64,000 nt of DNA from a virus, in UHGV virus genome UHGV-1366976. The stretch is one strand, 5' to 3'. Under the pieces are notes generated by a model. The model did no database searches. It had not been told where the DNA came from and saw nothing but the letters and a program-made list of their open reading frames with translations. This document shows, in pieces, positions 11,901-21,087 of the stretch; position 1 is the stretch's first letter; each line of letters starts with the position of its first letter. Both the position numbers and the translations under genes were made by a program.

Positions 11901-13057
11901 CTAATCAAGTAACTGGAGAGTTAAGTATTCTTAATGAAGCTGCCTCTAAAAGATTTTTTGACTATAAAGACAGAGCATTTGCTGCAAAAGAAGTGATGAA
12001 GTTAATGCCTGAATATCTAGCTGAAGTGGGATCAGTTACTCCAGATTCTAAATTGTTCTATCTCACTTCATTTTTTGATATGTTAGGAGACTATGATCAA
12101 GAATTAAAAGATCTTAATTCTAATGTAAAGAATAAATTACTTAGAGGACTATCTTTCAATTCTTTAATGCTTCCTATACAATTGGGAGATTTTAGTAATA
12201 AAATGAGTGTTGGAATAGCAATGCTTCATAATACTAAAGTATTAAATTCTGAAGGCAAGAAAGTTTCTTTATATGATCAGTTTGAAGTAAAAAATGGAAT
12301 TCCTGGTATTAAAGAAGGAACTAAAAATCTAGATGGAAGTAATTTTACTAAATCTGATTTAGTAGCTTTTATGAACAGATTAGGAAAACTAAACACTCAG
12401 TTGTTTGGTATGACTGATAAAATAGATAGGGCTCCATTACAATCAAGAAGTATTGGTAGAGCTTTTTCTATCTTTAGATCATTCTTAGGTCCTAACCTTA
12501 ATAGAAGATATTCTATAAATAAATTAGATACTTCTTTAGGCATTTATACTGAAGGATATTATAACACTTTATTAAAGTTTGTATGGTATGATTTAAAGGA
12601 TGCTCATTTTAATATTTTAACTGCTTGGGATAAATTAACTAATGGTCAAAAACAAAATATGCATATTGCTATTACAGAATTAGCAACATTAGGAATAATG
12701 ACTATATTGATTGTGACTATTGGAGCATTAGCTGGAAAAGCTGATGAAGATAATGAAAAAAGACTACAAGCACTTAGACTTATGTTAGCTAGAACTAGAA
12801 CAGAATTAGCTGCTTTATCTCCATTAGGTATATTTAGTGAAACCACTAGGATGTTTCAATCTCCTACAGCTATATTAGGATTAGTTGATTCATTAAGTGA
12901 TGTTTTTAGTGGTGCATGGTTTGAAACTTATGAAAAAGGGGATTATAAAGGATGGAATAAAGGCTTTATTAAAACTTTAAGATTAGTTCCAGGTAGTAGA
13001 TTAATATTTGATTTTGTGACTATTGATGAAAAATTAAAATGGTATGGTCTAGACTAG
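8918..13057 (+). CDS. Large virion-associated protein (1379 aa), unknown function, C-terminal hydrophobic helices
   Basis: Long ORF co-directional with and immediately after the giant gene. C-terminal segment ITELATLGIMTILIVTIGALAG is a predicted TM helix. No recognisable catalytic motif. Confidence 0.5.
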   Translation: MKICPNLNDPQVKEEFETLKRLFGENSAYYLWNKNKGNFLDRTADGDINTTYISNFEKYNDKEYALKTAALELLNSESYNNTDISKAEPVKNTTTLELGKEALMDIVEGYHMNNKGQFKLEVDQAIDLNNTIKAAGLKDVDVVSVGIKYQLYDKSLNKYITAKEIKNNPKYSLSASDIQNSIKNRILDELKKLGVEVQTVDSLKSQYGLDYLAVADITNKAIKFAKNEISLEALGEEGAHFFVEAMNDSPFVNRLMNLIKQNKAYKNILGDEFSEYNLAYKGDEDLLAKEAIGKLLGQYLIDVNTLSYKPAKNLLERLWNALKSIFSSKDNTSLEKLLNNELKEFAHDILTNKAKGLNKTSLLKSSIDKLYSIGNRAKSLEDVMNKVIETEALRLKIYENQLSSISTKEAQRKLVVELNDALEKGTIKERIASYISGASKVMQQLTEQLNKENELLSSNSISKSAHIARRMKSFLVSVQPIVTDMQRYLREDKSDPEFNSKMHSLISEFLVESNAINDELQLKMFNIFAKWIGTQFDKFAEVENPFGEKLTRQQVIDSLTKANKDNNWFNRWISSASDNPDIVINLVATAFKNTEGEKRMKVKDVHYQLINAVKELNDAGIKDFDWIFEKINGEYSQNFNSEWDYSSYEVAKSKLWETLRKKFPENPIEREKVFIANPDLQKEWAKIWSEFNRKYVERVEGWENILYNKEKTLSRGEFLRWKSKNVNEYIDSKGNTIHTPNVYGELAHPKQKNKAFEEIKNNPAKLKFYNTINKIMKESLNLLPADIKGVTPNMAPRIRADFRERVVQEGFIKAFKTKDALSAIQIRADEDEFGYRYEERLQDFEGNTVQFLPIYYTSKIKDATFSTDLIGNVLRFYDMSINYNLKSKMIDILEVGKNILSERLVKIGSNGLESKVTISVLTRLIQRESKVKAENLYKGYKDLIDKGLYGEYQKNEGSFKIPFIKGEFDIAKSMNAVRDAVQYIMLGGSPFVGFANQVTGELSILNEAASKRFFDYKDRAFAAKEVMKLMPEYLAEVGSVTPDSKLFYLTSFFDMLGDYDQELKDLNSNVKNKLLRGLSFNSLMLPIQLGDFSNKMSVGIAMLHNTKVLNSEGKKVSLYDQFEVKNGIPGIKEGTKNLDGSNFTKSDLVAFMNRLGKLNTQLFGMTDKIDRAPLQSRSIGRAFSIFRSFLGPNLNRRYSINKLDTSLGIYTEGYYNTLLKFVWYDLKDAHFNILTAWDKLTNGQKQNMHIAITELATLGIMTILIVTIGALAGKADEDNEKRLQALRLMLARTRTELAALSPLGIFSETTRMFQSPTAILGLVDSLSDVFSGAWFETYEKGDYKGWNKGFIKTLRLVPGSRLIFDFVTIDEKLKWYGLD

Positions 13058-13060
13058 ATA

Positions 13061-13115
13061 GATAAAAAAAACTAAGGGGGAAGGTATTACTACTTTCCTC
13101 CTTATATTTTTATTA
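13061..13115. terminator. Bidirectional intrinsic terminator between convergent genes
   Basis: A-run (13061-13070), imperfect GC-rich hairpin AAGGGGGAAGG / CTTTCCTCCTT (13074-13103), then T-rich ATATTTTTATTATTT. Sits exactly between the + gene stop (13057) and the - gene stop (13117). Confidence 0.5.
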
Positions 13116-13116
13116 T

Positions 13117-14016
13117 TTAAAACCTAAGATTAGTTTTAATAGTATCAATTGCATTATTTATAACTATACTTTTCCAATCATAGTAGTACATACTTGAATA
13201 TGGATTATTAAGCAAATCTTCACTACATGGATTAGTTCCACTATATCTGGCTTGAACAATCATATTATTTATCTGTTTTATAAATGGATCTATAGCATTA
13301 GAAAAATAATTTTTTAAAAATTCATTAGGATTTTTTTTTGAAATTTTATCCTCATCTTTTATGTAATCTGATATTTCACAATAAATATCATGACATATAA
13401 ATGCTAAGTCTTTTAATGTTCCATTATTAGAGATCTTAATGTCAAACATATCATCTGATAAATTTACAGCTGAATTCTCAGAATCATGATCATCTTTTAA
13501 AACATTATCTCTTTCAATTTTAATAATATAAAATCCTTTATCTCTTAAAGCTTCATATTCATTTATATATCTACAATCTGGAACTATAACATCTTTTTTA
13601 CAATAATTTTCTATAGTTCTAAATAGAGATTTAATAAAGTAATCTTCTCCAAAAGTTTTTTTAATTTTATCTGCTGTCTGTTGTAATAGTGTTCTTAAAG
13701 GAATACTAGTAGCAGAATCTGAATTCTGAATAGAATTTTTTTCTAAATCAAAATATAAATCATCTTTTGTAGAGCAATATAAGAGATACTTATTTGCTTT
13801 AGGCAAATCATAAATATCTAGTAACAAAGATTTAAGTTTATCTCCAAAAGATATTGTATCAAATCTAAAATGTTCTCTAGATATGCTTAAAATACTATTA
13901 ATAGTTTCTTCTTTAACTTCTTCTGTTATAGATTTACCTCCACTTAAATAAAAATTTAAGAATTTTGCAACTGTATCCTTTCCACTTCCCTTTCTCCCAC
14001 AAAAAGCTATCTTCAT
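13117..14016 (-). CDS. Deoxynucleoside monophosphate kinase (T4 gp1-like P-loop kinase)
   Basis: N-terminus MKIAFCGRKGSGKDTVAKF resembles T4 gp1 MKLIFLSGVKRSGKDTTADF. Downstream blocks VIVPDCRYINEYEALRDKGFYIIKIER and ISNNGTLKDL parallel T4 gp1 YIVPDTRQDHEMDAARAMGATVIHVVR and ITNDGSLEEL. Confidence 0.65.
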   Translation of the reverse strand: MKIAFCGRKGSGKDTVAKFLNFYLSGGKSITEEVKEETINSILSISREHFRFDTISFGDKLKSLLLDIYDLPKANKYLLYCSTKDDLYFDLEKNSIQNSDSATSIPLRTLLQQTADKIKKTFGEDYFIKSLFRTIENYCKKDVIVPDCRYINEYEALRDKGFYIIKIERDNVLKDDHDSENSAVNLSDDMFDIKISNNGTLKDLAFICHDIYCEISDYIKDEDKISKKNPNEFLKNYFSNAIDPFIKQINNMIVQARYSGTNPCSEDLLNNPYSSMYYYDWKSIVINNAIDTIKTNLRF

Positions 14017-14801
14017 AAATTTTGTATTAAATTATACATTTTTAAGGCTAATTCTCTAATTTGAAAATGAGCTGATTTATCTAATCTCAAATCAAAGAAA
14101 TTGTTCCATTTACATATAGGAGCACTCATGATAATATCTGTTTTATGTCCTAAAGTTAAGACAGTTCTAGCAATTTCAGGAGTTTCTCCTCTTTTAATTA
14201 ATAGTTTATAAAGATAAGCACTGATTTTACAAGATAATTTATATATCCATGCATTTTTATCTTGTCCCTGCCAAGTAATAAATGTAATACCTAGTTTTTT
14301 AAGATAATTAATAAATCTAGTACTTTCTATTGTAAAACTATTATATCTATGTCTTAAGAAGCTTCTTTCTTGACCATGGTCAGTAATAATTCTAAAAGTA
14401 ACTATTCTATTAGGATCATTCTTTTCTGGTTCAAAATAAGAAACAGTAGGTTTATCTAAAATAATTCTTTCAAATAAATCTATATCATTCTCTACAATAA
14501 CTCTTAAATTAGTGTAGATATAACACATTCCATCTTTCTTCTTTATTACTGTATATGGATTCTTTAAGAAATATGAGAATCTAGTTCTAACATAACCATA
14601 TGTATATTTTAGATAAATTCCACAATGCTCAAATACAGATGTGTGTCCTCTTCTTACAAGACTAGTAATGAAATTAATTCTTTGTTCTTTAGTAGTTGCT
14701 AAATTAGATTTATAACAATTTTTAGCACACAATTCTACAAATTCAGATGGACTACTTTTTCCTCTTTCTATTAGCTCCACACTTTGATTTATTATCTTCA
14801 T
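14013..14801 (-). CDS. thyX: Flavin-dependent thymidylate synthase ThyX
   Basis: ThyX signature RHRX7S present as RHRYNSFTIES. Length 262 aa. Confidence 0.7.
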   Translation of the reverse strand: MKIINQSVELIERGKSSPSEFVELCAKNCYKSNLATTKEQRINFITSLVRRGHTSVFEHCGIYLKYTYGYVRTRFSYFLKNPYTVIKKKDGMCYIYTNLRVIVENDIDLFERIILDKPTVSYFEPEKNDPNRIVTFRIITDHGQERSFLRHRYNSFTIESTRFINYLKKLGITFITWQGQDKNAWIYKLSCKISAYLYKLLIKRGETPEIARTVLTLGHKTDIIMSAPICKWNNFFDLRLDKSAHFQIRELALKMYNLIQNL

Positions 14802-15018
14802 TCTTTTTCTTTTTAAGAGTTGATATATATTCTAATAAAGCAGGTATCTTAGAATCATCTTCAAAACAATTATATTCATTAGGTAGATCTAAAAAATATT
14901 TTTGATTCATTCTACATAATTGAATAATTATAGCTTGACCCTCTCTAAGATCTGGATTAAATTTTTTTAAATCTTTTGCCTTTTTTAAAAGTGTCAAAGC
15001 AAACTTTCTAGGGTTCAT
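14752..15018 (-). CDS. Small basic hypothetical protein
   Basis: 88-aa ORF in the operon. Overlaps thyX by 50 nt. C-terminal KRKK tail. Confidence 0.35.
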   Translation of the reverse strand: MNPRKFALTLLKKAKDLKKFNPDLREGQAIIIQLCRMNQKYFLDLPNEYNCFEDDSKIPALLEYISTLKKKKNEDNKSKCGANRKRKK

Positions 15019-15532
15019 AGTTTTTCATTTTTGTAATTATTTCTGCTAAAGATATAGGAGTATAATTAATTCTCTCTGCACTTACACAAAAAGTGTTATT
15101 AGTATAATCTTTATATCTATCATCACTATGTACATGTCCATAAATATTAACATATGGAGAATTAGATTCTAAATACATAGGATGATGAGATATAATAAAG
15201 AATTTATCTATAACTATAGGATATTTAGAAACTTCTTTAAATTGAGTTTTCCAAAAAGAATAAGAATGATCTAGATCATGATTTCCTAAAATTAATACTA
15301 TATCTCCATTTAATTGATTTATAATAGCTTCTGTTAACATCTTATTAGCAAAAGAAACATCACCTGCTAAAAATGCTTTATCTTGTTTTTTAACAACTTT
15401 ATTCCAATTACTAATAATAATATCATTCATTTCATAAACATCTTTAAATGGTCTATTTTCATAACCTATTATGTTTTTATGATAGAAATGAGGATCTGCA
15501 AATAAAAATGTTCTTTCATAATCCATCTTCAT
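15008..15532 (-). CDS. Calcineurin-like metallophosphoesterase
   Basis: Motifs GDVSF (GDxxD-like), LILGNHD (GNHD/E) and HVHS-like histidines typical of the MPP superfamily. Confidence 0.6.
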   Translation of the reverse strand: MKMDYERTFLFADPHFYHKNIIGYENRPFKDVYEMNDIIISNWNKVVKKQDKAFLAGDVSFANKMLTEAIINQLNGDIVLILGNHDLDHSYSFWKTQFKEVSKYPIVIDKFFIISHHPMYLESNSPYVNIYGHVHSDDRYKDYTNNTFCVSAERINYTPISLAEIITKMKNYEP

Positions 15533-15950
15533 GTTCTTTTTGAATTTTCTTAATATGTCTTTCTACAAGAGTTTTTATTATTTTTTTGAAAGGTTTTTCC
15601 ACTAAATCAAAATTTATCTTTTGTTCATCTACTGCTTTTATAAAAGCTTTTATTGCTAAGTTTGCTTCAGTATGAAATTCTTCAAAATAAAGTTTTTCTA
15701 TATAAGATCTAAGTGCATTTTTTATTGCTTCTTTAAAAGAAAAATTTTTAATGCAGTTTATATTAATAAACATAGTTTCAGCTTTCTTGAATAAGATTTT
15801 ATTTTTTAAATCTTGTTCCATAACTTCAAGAAAATAATCTGAATGTTCTTCTATATATTCTTCTATTAAAGTTTCTCTTTTAGAATATATATAACACCAA
15901 TAAATATCATAAAGTTTTTCTTTTAATTGATTATAAAGATCTCTATTCAT
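15516..15950 (-). CDS. Hypothetical protein
   Basis: 144-aa ORF in the operon with no recognisable motif. Confidence 0.4.
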   Translation of the reverse strand: MNRDLYNQLKEKLYDIYWCYIYSKRETLIEEYIEEHSDYFLEVMEQDLKNKILFKKAETMFININCIKNFSFKEAIKNALRSYIEKLYFEEFHTEANLAIKAFIKAVDEQKINFDLVEKPFKKIIKTLVERHIKKIQKEHEDGL

Positions 15951-16477
15951 TATTTTCCAGTATGACCAAAACCACCATCACCTCTTTCAGTATCAGATAA
16001 TTCTCCTTCAATAAATTCACATTGTTCAGCTTTTTGAAATTTTACTTGTGCTATTCTATCTAAGTTATTAATAGTAATAAAGTCTCTTTTACTATTATTA
16101 TAAACACTGATGAAAATTTCTCCTCTATAATCACAATCAATAGTTCCTGTAACTACTAAAAGACTTTCTTTGAAAGCTAAACCAGATCTAGGCCTAATAA
16201 CTATTTCATATCCTTCAGGAATTTCCATACAAATACTTGTAGGTATAAGCATTCTATCTCCTGGACATAATACTAGTTTTTCTAAACAAACTTTTTCTTC
16301 TTTTTCATCATAATAATCATAGACTCTTTTATAAGTGTACTCCTTATTAGGAATACACATTATTTCATCTAAAGACTTATATTTAAAAAAAGCTTGAATA
16401 TCAGCACAAGCTGCTCCTATAGTTTTATACACAGGTAAATTTACTTCTGAATGTAGTTTCTTTATTTTAACTTGCAT
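15950..16477 (-). CDS. dut: dUTP pyrophosphatase (trimeric dUTPase)
   Basis: dUTPase motifs IRPRSGLA, GTIDCDYRGE and C-terminal RGDGGFGHTG. Confidence 0.75.
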   Translation of the reverse strand: MQVKIKKLHSEVNLPVYKTIGAACADIQAFFKYKSLDEIMCIPNKEYTYKRVYDYYDEKEEKVCLEKLVLCPGDRMLIPTSICMEIPEGYEIVIRPRSGLAFKESLLVVTGTIDCDYRGEIFISVYNNSKRDFITINNLDRIAQVKFQKAEQCEFIEGELSDTERGDGGFGHTGK

Positions 16478-16478
16478 A

Positions 16479-17018
16479 TTAAATTTTTCTTAGGTAAGAC
16501 ATGATATGCATCACTTTTAATGCTTCATATATAGCATCACTTAATGCATTATGTTCATTATCATTTTCTTCTTGAAAACATGGACAGAAATCTATTAATT
16601 CTTCTATAAATGTTCTAGAATCTCTTTTCTGATTATATTCCCAAGGAATATTTACATTACATAGTTTACAATTATGTTCTAATATTTTAAAGTCTAAATC
16701 ACCTCTAGCCCAAATTCTAAAATCATCATTTTTTGCTATTTGGTTGATAAATTGAGAGAACATTATTAAAGCACTCTGCATAGGTTGACCTTGTTCTTTA
16801 AAAACTTCTCTAGCTTTATCAGATTGTTGCATCCACCATTTAAGAGTATCTACATCTATAGCATATCCTACAACAGATTCTCCTAAATCTACTACTTGAT
16901 AAAATTCTCTTCCTAAAGCTTTATTATCTTCAGGTTTAAATTCAATAGCACCTATACTGACTAAAGGAGCAAATTCACTTTTTCCTAAAGTCTCTATATC
17001 TATCATTATATGTTTCAT
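16479..17018 (-). CDS. DEDDh-family 3'-5' exonuclease
   Basis: Exo I motif IMIDIETLG, central D...D region, and Exo III H-x4-D as HNALSDAIYEAL. Confidence 0.6.
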   Translation of the reverse strand: MKHIMIDIETLGKSEFAPLVSIGAIEFKPEDNKALGREFYQVVDLGESVVGYAIDVDTLKWWMQQSDKAREVFKEQGQPMQSALIMFSQFINQIAKNDDFRIWARGDLDFKILEHNCKLCNVNIPWEYNQKRDSRTFIEELIDFCPCFQEENDNEHNALSDAIYEALKVMHIMSYLRKI

Positions 17019-17165
17019 TTCTTCTTATACATATTAATTATATTAAGAACATCTTCAGTATATAAAGCATCTCCATCTTTATTATAATCCCAAGCTACTC
17101 CTAATATATCATTAATTATATCAGATAAGATAGCATTAAATTCAATATTATTCATTCTAGATTTT

Positions 17166-19193
17166 TTAATGTTGCCATACTGTTGTTATCTCAGGTTCTG
17201 CAATTACAGGAACTACATCTATAAATACTCTACCTGCTTTTTCCATACATTCTTTTAAAGCTTTTGCACATTTATCTGCTATATCTTTGGGAGTTTCTAA
17301 AAGATATTCATCATGGACAAAGTTACTTATTTTAACTTTATCAAATAAATTTTCTTTTAAAATCCAATCAAAAAACCAAACTCCAGCTAGTTTAGACATA
17401 TCTGAAGCACTACCCTGGCAAGGAAAGTTTAATGCTCTTCTTTCTAAATCTCCTCTAAGATTAAAAAATCTTTTACAAGTAGGCTTATAATATGTCAAAA
17501 AATCTTCTGTTTGATGGAATTTATGTTGTTTGTAATTCTCCCACCATTGTTTATCAATAGTTCTAGAAAGTCTTTCATATTCATCAAATATTTGATAATA
17601 TGATCTTCTTCCAGTAACTTTGTTAAAATAGACATATCCATTTTTGACAACAATAGGTTTGATATAGTCAAAATATTCTTTTAATTTAGGAAAAGCTTTC
17701 ATATAGGCATCATAGACTTCATCTCCTTCTTCTTTAGATAATCCTAAATTCTTAGCAATAGTATCACCAACACCACCAAATAAAATTGCAAATTTAGCAC
17801 CTTTAGCTTTACTTCTAAGATCAGGTCTTTCATGTTTTACTTCTTCTTCTGGAATATCTTTTAATTCCTTAGGAAAACATAATTTTGCAGTAAAACTATG
17901 ACCATCTCTTTTTCTAGTAGTATCATTATAAAAATCTATAAGTGCAGGTTCTTTAGATAATTGAGTGTACATTCTATCTTCTTGTTGACTGTAATCACAA
18001 TCTACTAAGATAGTGTTCTCAAATTGATTAGTAAAACATCCTCTAGTTATTTTATCTGAAGGAATATTTTGAAGATTGATACTATTATCATCATCTTTAT
18101 TATCTCCAGAACCACAAGAAGTTCTACCAGTATTCATAATTTGCCAAAATGTAGCATGAATTCTTCCTGTTTTAGGATTAATAGCATCTAAGAAGTTTTG
18201 TCCATATGTAGTTACCAATTTCTGTGCTTTCTTATAATCAATATACATTTGTATAAGAGGAGACACATGAACTTGTTTAACTATATGCTTAGCTTCTATA
18301 GAATCTTTCATTTTTCCTGTTTTCTTATCTCTGACTTTAGTATCTACACCTAGTTCTTTAAAGATAGGAATAATTTGTTTAGAAGAACTCCAATTTAAAC
18401 TACATCTTTTAGCTGCACTAAAAAGATCTAATTGTTTATTAACATATTTATCACCAAATCTTTCAAATACCCATTTGTTCAGAGCAAATTCCATATCTGA
18501 TAGCTTCTTGGAATCATCTTCCATTTTAGCTAGCCATTTTTCTTTATTAAGATAAATACCACAATATTCAATATATGCTAATACCTTAACAAATTTATTG
18601 TCTAATTTAACAGCACCCCATAAACCATCTTCTTTAATTTTAACCATTTGAGAAGTCATTACAGGAATCAGATATTTAACATCATTGGCACCATATTCAA
18701 TAACTTTATCAGTAAGACCTACTCTATTAATAGTTCCTCTAATAGATTTATTTAATAAGACACCACAATATTTAAGAACTAGAACATCTAAAGATTTTCT
18801 AACATAATTTGGTAATTTAACATCATCAAATCCACAATATAATACACCTTCAGCTAAATATGTGTCAAATATATTTTCTAGAATGATATTATGCTTATAG
18901 AAAAATTGAAGATCAAATTTTGCATTTTGTAGTACCCAAACTACATCTTTTCTTAATAATAATGGTTTTAATTTTTCTAATATATTAGGAGAATACTCAA
19001 TCACAAATTGCTGATCAAAATCTCCAAATTGAATAGATAGTAATTCACAAGAATGTGGATCTAGTCCACTAGTTTCAGTATCTAAGGCAATAAATTTATG
19101 ATTTTTAAAATAAGATATAATATCCTGAACTTCTATTTCCTTCCAAACACTACTTCCAACAACTCTTTTCTGCTCAGAACAAAAATGTATCAT
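17166..19193 (-). CDS. Family A DNA polymerase with N-terminal 3'-5' exonuclease domain
   Basis: Exo motif ALDTETSGLD. Pol motif A DYSQQEDR (cf. DYSQIELR), motif B RSKAKGAKFAILFGG, motif C VHDE. Confidence 0.85.
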   Translation of the reverse strand: MIHFCSEQKRVVGSSVWKEIEVQDIISYFKNHKFIALDTETSGLDPHSCELLSIQFGDFDQQFVIEYSPNILEKLKPLLLRKDVVWVLQNAKFDLQFFYKHNIILENIFDTYLAEGVLYCGFDDVKLPNYVRKSLDVLVLKYCGVLLNKSIRGTINRVGLTDKVIEYGANDVKYLIPVMTSQMVKIKEDGLWGAVKLDNKFVKVLAYIEYCGIYLNKEKWLAKMEDDSKKLSDMEFALNKWVFERFGDKYVNKQLDLFSAAKRCSLNWSSSKQIIPIFKELGVDTKVRDKKTGKMKDSIEAKHIVKQVHVSPLIQMYIDYKKAQKLVTTYGQNFLDAINPKTGRIHATFWQIMNTGRTSCGSGDNKDDDNSINLQNIPSDKITRGCFTNQFENTILVDCDYSQQEDRMYTQLSKEPALIDFYNDTTRKRDGHSFTAKLCFPKELKDIPEEEVKHERPDLRSKAKGAKFAILFGGVGDTIAKNLGLSKEEGDEVYDAYMKAFPKLKEYFDYIKPIVVKNGYVYFNKVTGRRSYYQIFDEYERLSRTIDKQWWENYKQHKFHQTEDFLTYYKPTCKRFFNLRGDLERRALNFPCQGSASDMSKLAGVWFFDWILKENLFDKVKISNFVHDEYLLETPKDIADKCAKALKECMEKAGRVFIDVVPVIAEPEITTVWQH

Positions 19194-19444
19194 TATTTTA
19201 TAATATAATAGTTACCAGACAATAATTCTCTCATAGTAGGATTCCAAGTAGTATTACCTGGAATCACTATAATTTCTCCTTCTTTTTGAAATAGAATTTT
19301 ATCTTTTGGCCAATCATAATTACCTATAATTCTATCATCATTAAGCATACATCTAGCAGCATCTATTATATTCATCCTAGGTTTAGGACAAACCACTTCT
19401 ATAAATGACAGTATTTGTTCTCCCTCTTCATTAAATCTCTCCAT
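19193..19444 (-). CDS. Hypothetical protein
   Basis: 83-aa ORF whose start overlaps the polymerase stop. Confidence 0.4.
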   Translation of the reverse strand: MERFNEEGEQILSFIEVVCPKPRMNIIDAARCMLNDDRIIGNYDWPKDKILFQKEGEIIVIPGNTTWNPTMRELLSGNYYIIK

Positions 19445-19473
19445 GTTATACTGTTTTTATTTATTACCATTGA

Positions 19474-20038
19474 TTAACTGCATTTAGAAAATGAACAGGA
19501 TTTGCATAGGAGGCATCCATTATTGAAGACTAATTTATCTCCACACATAGGACAATTTTCTCCACTTTTAGCATTATTATCAACATACTTAGCAATTGTT
19601 CTTGCTAATACTTTATGAAAAGCTGTTAACTCACCTTTACTTTTCTTTAATTGATCAATTAAAAAGTTAAAACCAACATCACTTCTAATAGATATGGATA
19701 GAATTCTAGTAATCATTTCTAGTTGATCATCCATCACATCTACAAAGTTTTCTATAATAACTTTTCCTTCTTGATCTTGTAGTTGATAATATCCTTTTTT
19801 AATTTTAACAATTTTACCAATATCTGGTAATTTAATATCTTCTGGTGTAGGACATACAAATATTTCATATGGTTTACCTTCATAGAAGCCTAATGCACAA
19901 AGATAATTCTTTCCTTGAACCTTCATATTATGAATATGAGAAAGTAGCTCAGAAGGTCTCTTTGGTGCCTTTCTTGAAGGATCTTTAATCTTATTATCTG
20001 TAGATACTAGAACACCACTTCTACTACCATCTCTATAG
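19474..20038 (-). CDS. nrdJ: Class II ribonucleotide reductase NrdJ, exon 2 (C-terminal part with zinc ribbon)
   Basis: The frame is open upstream of the annotated Met and reads ...C|YRDGSRSGVLVSTDNK... Joining after exon 1 ...KGVTV gives the RNR motif KGVTVYRDGSR. The C-terminus CPMCGDKLVFNNGCLLCKSC matches the cysteine-rich zinc finger known at the C-terminus of class II RNRs. Confidence 0.65.
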
Positions 20039-20089
20039 CATTTCTACCTTTACTTTCATAAAGGATTGGACTATACCATAATCCTATTT

Positions 20090-20884
20090 CTAGGATTCCT
20101 CCATTATAGTCTCTGAACATCTTGTAATCCATTTATATTTATAGCATTCTAAAGGACAGTCTCCTATAAATTTTAAAAATTCTATTAAAGCTTTATTACT
20201 TAAATAATATGCTCCTCCATTATTATACTTATAATAGTTACAATTTCCAAATTTTTTAAACTGAGACAAAATAAATTCATTATAATGTTTACAAGAGATT
20301 TGTCCTCTATGAGTCTTAGACTTAGATTGTCTAGAGCTATTTCCATCTCCAATATACCACCATAATAACATTATCTTGTCTAAAATAATATTAGGAAGAA
20401 TTTTTCTATTTTGTTTTTGCTGAATCATTATTTCTTTTGGATAGAATAAATTATATAGTTCTAGAAACTCTCTTCTTGTTTCAGTTTGAAAACTATAGCA
20501 TTCAGAATTTTTTCTATAGAAAATCTTTGAACATTTTATATTATTTTTCTCAAAAATAGAAATTAAATATTCATGTACTTCTTTATGTTTATCTGTATAA
20601 GAAAAGTAGGGGTTTCTTAATTTTTTACTTATTCTAAGACTTCCATCTCCTAAAATTAAACCAATAAGTAAAGATCTAAATTCTGTACTAAATTTAATTT
20701 CTGGTTTCTCAACAAAGCTTTCTTTAACAGATCTTACTTTTATAGAATTTTTAATCAAATGATATCTTAAAGTTCCTAAATTTATATTATACTTTATAGA
20801 AAGTTTACTCATACTTTCTCCATCTAAATACTCTTTAATGATATCATTCCAAAATGAATTAGAATTTTGCTGCTGATTTTCCAT
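20090..20884 (-). CDS. LAGLIDADG homing endonuclease (intron-encoded)
   Basis: Two LAGLIDADG motifs, LLIGLILGDGSL and LLWWYIGDGNSS. Located wholly inside the nrdJ intron. Confidence 0.8.
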   Translation of the reverse strand: MENQQQNSNSFWNDIIKEYLDGESMSKLSIKYNINLGTLRYHLIKNSIKVRSVKESFVEKPEIKFSTEFRSLLIGLILGDGSLRISKKLRNPYFSYTDKHKEVHEYLISIFEKNNIKCSKIFYRKNSECYSFQTETRREFLELYNLFYPKEIMIQQKQNRKILPNIILDKIMLLWWYIGDGNSSRQSKSKTHRGQISCKHYNEFILSQFKKFGNCNYYKYNNGGAYYLSNKALIEFLKFIGDCPLECYKYKWITRCSETIMEES

Positions 20885-20917
20885 TTCTAAAAATTAAAAG
20901 GTTTTACAATAATTATA

Positions 20918-20949
20918 CAAAGATAGTATAAAAATTATAAAATTCCAAA
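20918..20949 (-). promoter_or_regulatory. Bacteroidota-type promoter (-33 TTTG / -7 TATCTTTG) driving the intronic HEG
   Basis: On the - strand, TTTG (20949-20946), 20 nt, then TATCTTTG (20925-20918), 33 nt upstream of the HEG ATG. Same motif and spacing as at 50070 and 50991. Confidence 0.45.
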
Positions 20950-21087
20950 TAATTTTTTCATCTTAACATTTTTCTAACATTCACACTTATCCTCTCAGAT
21001 TATGTTGTAGTAGTTAAGCTTTAGGAGGTTCCAGCAATTTAGAAGGTTATTCAATATACATTACTGTATAAGGCTGCCTATTTGTTA

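Larger units (their letters stand above)
20039..21087 (-). mobile_element. Group I intron (1049 nt) interrupting nrdJ, carrying a LAGLIDADG homing endonuclease gene
   Basis: Exon 1 ends in-frame two codons after GVTV (NK stop), while exon 2 begins with YRDGSR. The proposed junction ...act gt|(intron taacaaatagg....aaatg)|c tat aga gat... restores T-V-Y-R-D. The 5' exon ends in U and the intron ends in G, as required for group I introns. A free-standing HEG lies inside. Confidence 0.65.

Noticed and set aside
13117-14016. Calling the P-loop kinase a 5-hydroxymethyluridine DNA kinase
   Set aside because: Block-wise similarity to T4 gp1 dNMP kinase is much stronger than any generic argument. 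The DNA-kinase idea is left as an untested possibility inside the hypermodification hypothesis.
17287-17490. + strand ORF inside the DNA polymerase gene
   Set aside because: Nested antisense ORF with no start context. The polymerase motifs on the - strand are unambiguous.
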